This document shows positions 61,358 through 64,000 of a DNA stretch of 64,000 nucleotides, piece by piece. The translations under genes were made by a program, and so were the position numbers. Source of the DNA: Lentisphaerota bacterium (lineage in GTDB: Bacteria; Verrucomicrobiota; Kiritimatiellia; UBA8416; VGWI01); NCBI GenBank assembly GCA_016873655.1, contig VGWI01000003.1, forward strand, positions 1,737-65,736, read 5' to 3'. How positions within the stretch are numbered: the first letter of the stretch is position 1; every line of letters begins with the position of its first letter. Under the pieces are notes generated by a model. That model ran no database searches, was not told the origin of the DNA, and saw only the letters and a list, made by a program, of their open reading frames with translations.

Positions 61358-63649
61358 TCACTCAACCACGATGGCCGTGTCCCCAGCTATGCACACGATG
61401 ACCTTCACACCCAGCGCGAAACAGTCCTTCAACTCCGGCTTCTCGTCGATCAGCCGGAAGTACTCCTCGCTGGCGTACGCCACCTTCCGCTCGGTCATGC
61501 CCTTGCGGTAACCGCGGTCAACCCACACGCCGTCAACCAGGTAGAAGAACCGCTTGCCAACGGAACGGAACGCCGAGGCGGCTTCTTCATCGACACGGTC
61601 CGCCATCTTGTACTTCCGGATCGCCTCGCTCTGCGTCACCGCCGACTCGCCGGACTCGCGGGCAAAATAGCCGCGCCGCCGGGCCTCGTCCGCCACCTCA
61701 AGCCGCGGACGCGCGCCGCCGGCCACGGAGAGCCCTGGCCCGAACGACGCGTACGCATCCGGGGAGGTCATGCCTTCGGCTTCGAACACCGGCATCGCGG
61801 CCCGCGCCACACCTGCGGCACCTTTGTCGTCCCTGCCGCCCGCCACGCTCCGCTCGGCCCAGCGCGTCTCGGCCGGCTTGACCGGATCAGCGGCGGCAGT
61901 CCCTCTCAGTCCATGCGTCACGTAGTCACCGTCCGACTCAAGCACGAGATAGGAGGTGTAGGGCGTAAGTATGCCGTATTCCCGGCTGAGCTTCAGGACC
62001 TCGTCCTTCAACTCCTTTTCCTCGCCGTGAAGCCGTATCTCCTCAAGCAGGTGCCCCACCCTGCGCGTCGCCCACAACCTGGGAACAAAACCGTTCTCGA
62101 CGTTGCGCTCCTGAAAGGTCGCTTCATAGACGTATTCCTGCTTCTTCCCGTTGATGTCGCCGGTCAGGCGGATCGCGACATGTCCGTCGCCGCGGTATCG
62201 GCCGAAGACGGTGATCTGCCCGCCGGCAAAGAGATCGCCGATCCGCGCAGGATGCATCCGGGAGACCTCAAGCTTCTCGATCTTCAATTGCGGGTTGGCG
62301 AGGACCGGATGACTCATCTTGTCCTGGAAAGATGAGACGTGGACCTCTATGTCCTCATCGGGCCGGACATACTGCGACAGCCCTCCGTGCCCGCCCGCGA
62401 GCCGGTCCAGAAGGTGGGTGTTGACCTCGTTGCCGACGCCGAACACGAATACCCGGACGCCTTTGGCGCAGGCCCCGTCCACGTTCTTCAGTATCTCCTC
62501 CGTCTCGGTCGAGCCAATCGTCGGCCTGCCGTCGGTGAGAAAGACCACGAAATGCGGCCTGCCCTCTTCCCCCTTCGCCGCGACCGCGCGCACCAGCGCC
62601 CCGTTGATGTCCGTGCCACCGCGCGCCTCGATCCCTTCCACGAATGCCAGGCCGGCTTTGCGCTCGGCGTCGGTGGCCTTCACCAGCCCGTCCCGGAACG
62701 CCTCAACATCGGTGCTGAAACGCACGATGTTGAAGCGGTCGCCGTCGTTGAGCTTGCCGACACAGTACCTCAGGGCGCTGCGCGCCTGTTCGATCTTCGC
62801 GCCGGACATGCTGCCGGACGTGTCGAAGACAAAGGTCACGTCCTTCTCGATCCTGTTCGATTCCGGCGGCTCGACCGAAGGCGAGATGAGCATCATGAAG
62901 AACCCTTCGTCCTTCTTCTCGCAGTACGTCAGAAGGTTGAGGCCGAAATCCTTCCTGGAGACCCCGTAGTAAAGCACGAAGTCGCGGTCGAGAATGCTCT
63001 TGTCCTCCTCGAACCCGATAACTGCCTCGTGGTCGCCCTTGCGCGAAATTCCGACCTTGTGGCTGGGGGAGTAGACCGTCCTGATCGGCACCGAGGAAAC
63101 GAGCTTCGCGTTCACAGTAAAGTCTTCAAGCGTGCCCGACGCCTGTTCGCCGGTTTTCAGCGGATAGACAAGCCGGTACAGCCCGCCGTCGAACTGCAGC
63201 GTCTCGGCATAGGCGATCTCAATGCGCTGCTCGCCCTTCTTCGGCACGGGATAGACGCTCGCGCGGAACAGGTTTCCGGAAAGGCGTTCGAGCAGGCCCG
63301 GATCGCGCATCCGCCGCACTATGTCCTCATACACCTTGCGGGCCTTGTCCTTCTCGACGATCTCGCCGCTTACCCGCTTGCCGTTCATGTACATCGCAAA
63401 GTCCGCAACGGCGGCGCCTTCAGGCAGCGGGAATACGTAGACGGCTTCAAGGTCGCGATCCACGCTGTTCTGGAAAACCTGCTCTATCTTCACCGTGGCC
63501 GCGCCGTCCTTGATCTGGATATCCACGCGCTGGTGCTTGATGGCCAGCGGCGGAACGGACCCGTCCTTCGGAATCATCATGCCCGACCCCATCGCGGGCA
63601 GAGCTGCAGCCGTCAACAGCGCGGCCAGTGCGAGCTTCGTGCGTTGCAT
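61358..63649 (-). CDS. Secreted VIT-domain + von Willebrand factor A (vWA) domain protein
   Basis: Signal peptide MQRTKLALAALLTAAALPAMG. N-terminal VIT domain. vWA MIDAS motif (DTSGSMSG ... T ... D), 763 aa. AGGAGG SD 9 nt upstream. Confidence 0.8.
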   Translation of the reverse strand: MQRTKLALAALLTAAALPAMGSGMMIPKDGSVPPLAIKHQRVDIQIKDGAATVKIEQVFQNSVDRDLEAVYVFPLPEGAAVADFAMYMNGKRVSGEIVEKDKARKVYEDIVRRMRDPGLLERLSGNLFRASVYPVPKKGEQRIEIAYAETLQFDGGLYRLVYPLKTGEQASGTLEDFTVNAKLVSSVPIRTVYSPSHKVGISRKGDHEAVIGFEEDKSILDRDFVLYYGVSRKDFGLNLLTYCEKKDEGFFMMLISPSVEPPESNRIEKDVTFVFDTSGSMSGAKIEQARSALRYCVGKLNDGDRFNIVRFSTDVEAFRDGLVKATDAERKAGLAFVEGIEARGGTDINGALVRAVAAKGEEGRPHFVVFLTDGRPTIGSTETEEILKNVDGACAKGVRVFVFGVGNEVNTHLLDRLAGGHGGLSQYVRPDEDIEVHVSSFQDKMSHPVLANPQLKIEKLEVSRMHPARIGDLFAGGQITVFGRYRGDGHVAIRLTGDINGKKQEYVYEATFQERNVENGFVPRLWATRRVGHLLEEIRLHGEEKELKDEVLKLSREYGILTPYTSYLVLESDGDYVTHGLRGTAAADPVKPAETRWAERSVAGGRDDKGAAGVARAAMPVFEAEGMTSPDAYASFGPGLSVAGGARPRLEVADEARRRGYFARESGESAVTQSEAIRKYKMADRVDEEAASAFRSVGKRFFYLVDGVWVDRGYRKGMTERKVAYASEEYFRLIDEKPELKDCFALGVKVIVCIAGDTAIVVE

Positions 63650-63707
63650 TGTTCCATTCCTCCTTCTTTCGCCTCGAGGGCTTTTCCCCGTCTTCCACCC
63701 CGTCCTT

Positions 63708-63986
63708 CTACATCGTGAAAGGTCTGACTATCGGCGGATCGGGCGGAGGAGGCGGCAGGCCGCGCCCGAATAGCGCGAGGTGCAGGACGCTTCCGCGCCA
63801 CACCAGCGCCGTTCCGTCAACAGAACCCGTAAGACGCAGGTGCGCCCCTTCGCCGGGCGCACTCTCTTCGTAACCCCGCGCGGCGGAGGCGGCCCGCAGA
63901 TACCGCTCCGCCTGCCCGACCGTCACCTGCCTCCAGCGCATCGCATCCCGCCTGCATACCGCGTTGAGCGCGTAGGCCCTCAACAC
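63708..63986 (-). CDS. Hypothetical ORF immediately upstream of the VIT-vWA gene (possibly 5'-truncated by the window edge)
   Basis: 92-aa ORF ending 58 nt before the VIT-vWA start. Pro/Gly-rich tail. No homology recognized; could be non-coding. Confidence 0.2.
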   Translation of the reverse strand: MLRAYALNAVCRRDAMRWRQVTVGQAERYLRAASAARGYEESAPGEGAHLRLTGSVDGTALVWRGSVLHLALFGRGLPPPPPDPPIVRPFTM

Positions 63987-64000
63987 CCGGTCGCGCAGTC

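Overview
High-GC (~65%) chromosomal window from a diderm (LPS-producing) bacterium, about 90% coding. It holds roughly 70 CDS, one tRNA-Ser(TGA), two copies of a previously undescribed MITE-like element and a family of GC-rich REP-like hairpin repeats.

Left end (1-8.8 kb): one long minus-strand supercluster with overlapping stops and starts, dnaX-ybaB-recR-yggS-hyp-hldA-kdsB-kdsA-lptC-lptA-lptB-hpf. This is LPS core/KDO synthesis plus the Lpt bridge, placed behind the replication/recombination genes.

Middle (8.9-35 kb): PAP2 phosphatase, tadA, an SMP-30 lactonase, an ACT/UPF0210 pair behind a candidate sigma-54 promoter, a PAS histidine kinase plus an NtrC-type sigma-54 activator, and a stand-alone fusA. 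Further along sit DUF72, a ROK kinase, tRNA-Ser, two outer-membrane proteins (one OmpA with TSP3 repeats), efp-epmA, obg-rpmA-rplU, adk, a pair of tiny desulforedoxin-like genes, an NfeD-flotillin operon, an M14 peptidase-like protein and a PhnD-like lipoprotein.

Most interesting region (35-46 kb): a glycan assembly locus. It has a Wzm/Wzt ABC exporter and a 963-aa methyltransferase-GT4-pseudo-phosphoglycosyltransferase fusion. Opposite these lies a pglC/pglD/pglE/pglF-like operon (bacillosamine-type sugar on undecaprenyl phosphate) ending in a Wzy_C (WaaL/PglL-family) membrane protein. Together these make a candidate O-linked glycosylation or capped-glycan system.

Right end (46-64 kb): dut, an isolated lpxC, an orphan corrinoid protein, a small cluster of lipoproteins, an HTH protein and a glycine-zipper repeat protein, then pdxA. 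Two ECF sigma/anti-sigma pairs follow, one of them next to an HExxH membrane protease. Also present are serA, a TPR protein with an LptE-like lipoprotein, rpsT, nadD, rsfS (with no canonical start codon), rpmE-prfA, and a secreted VIT-vWA protein.
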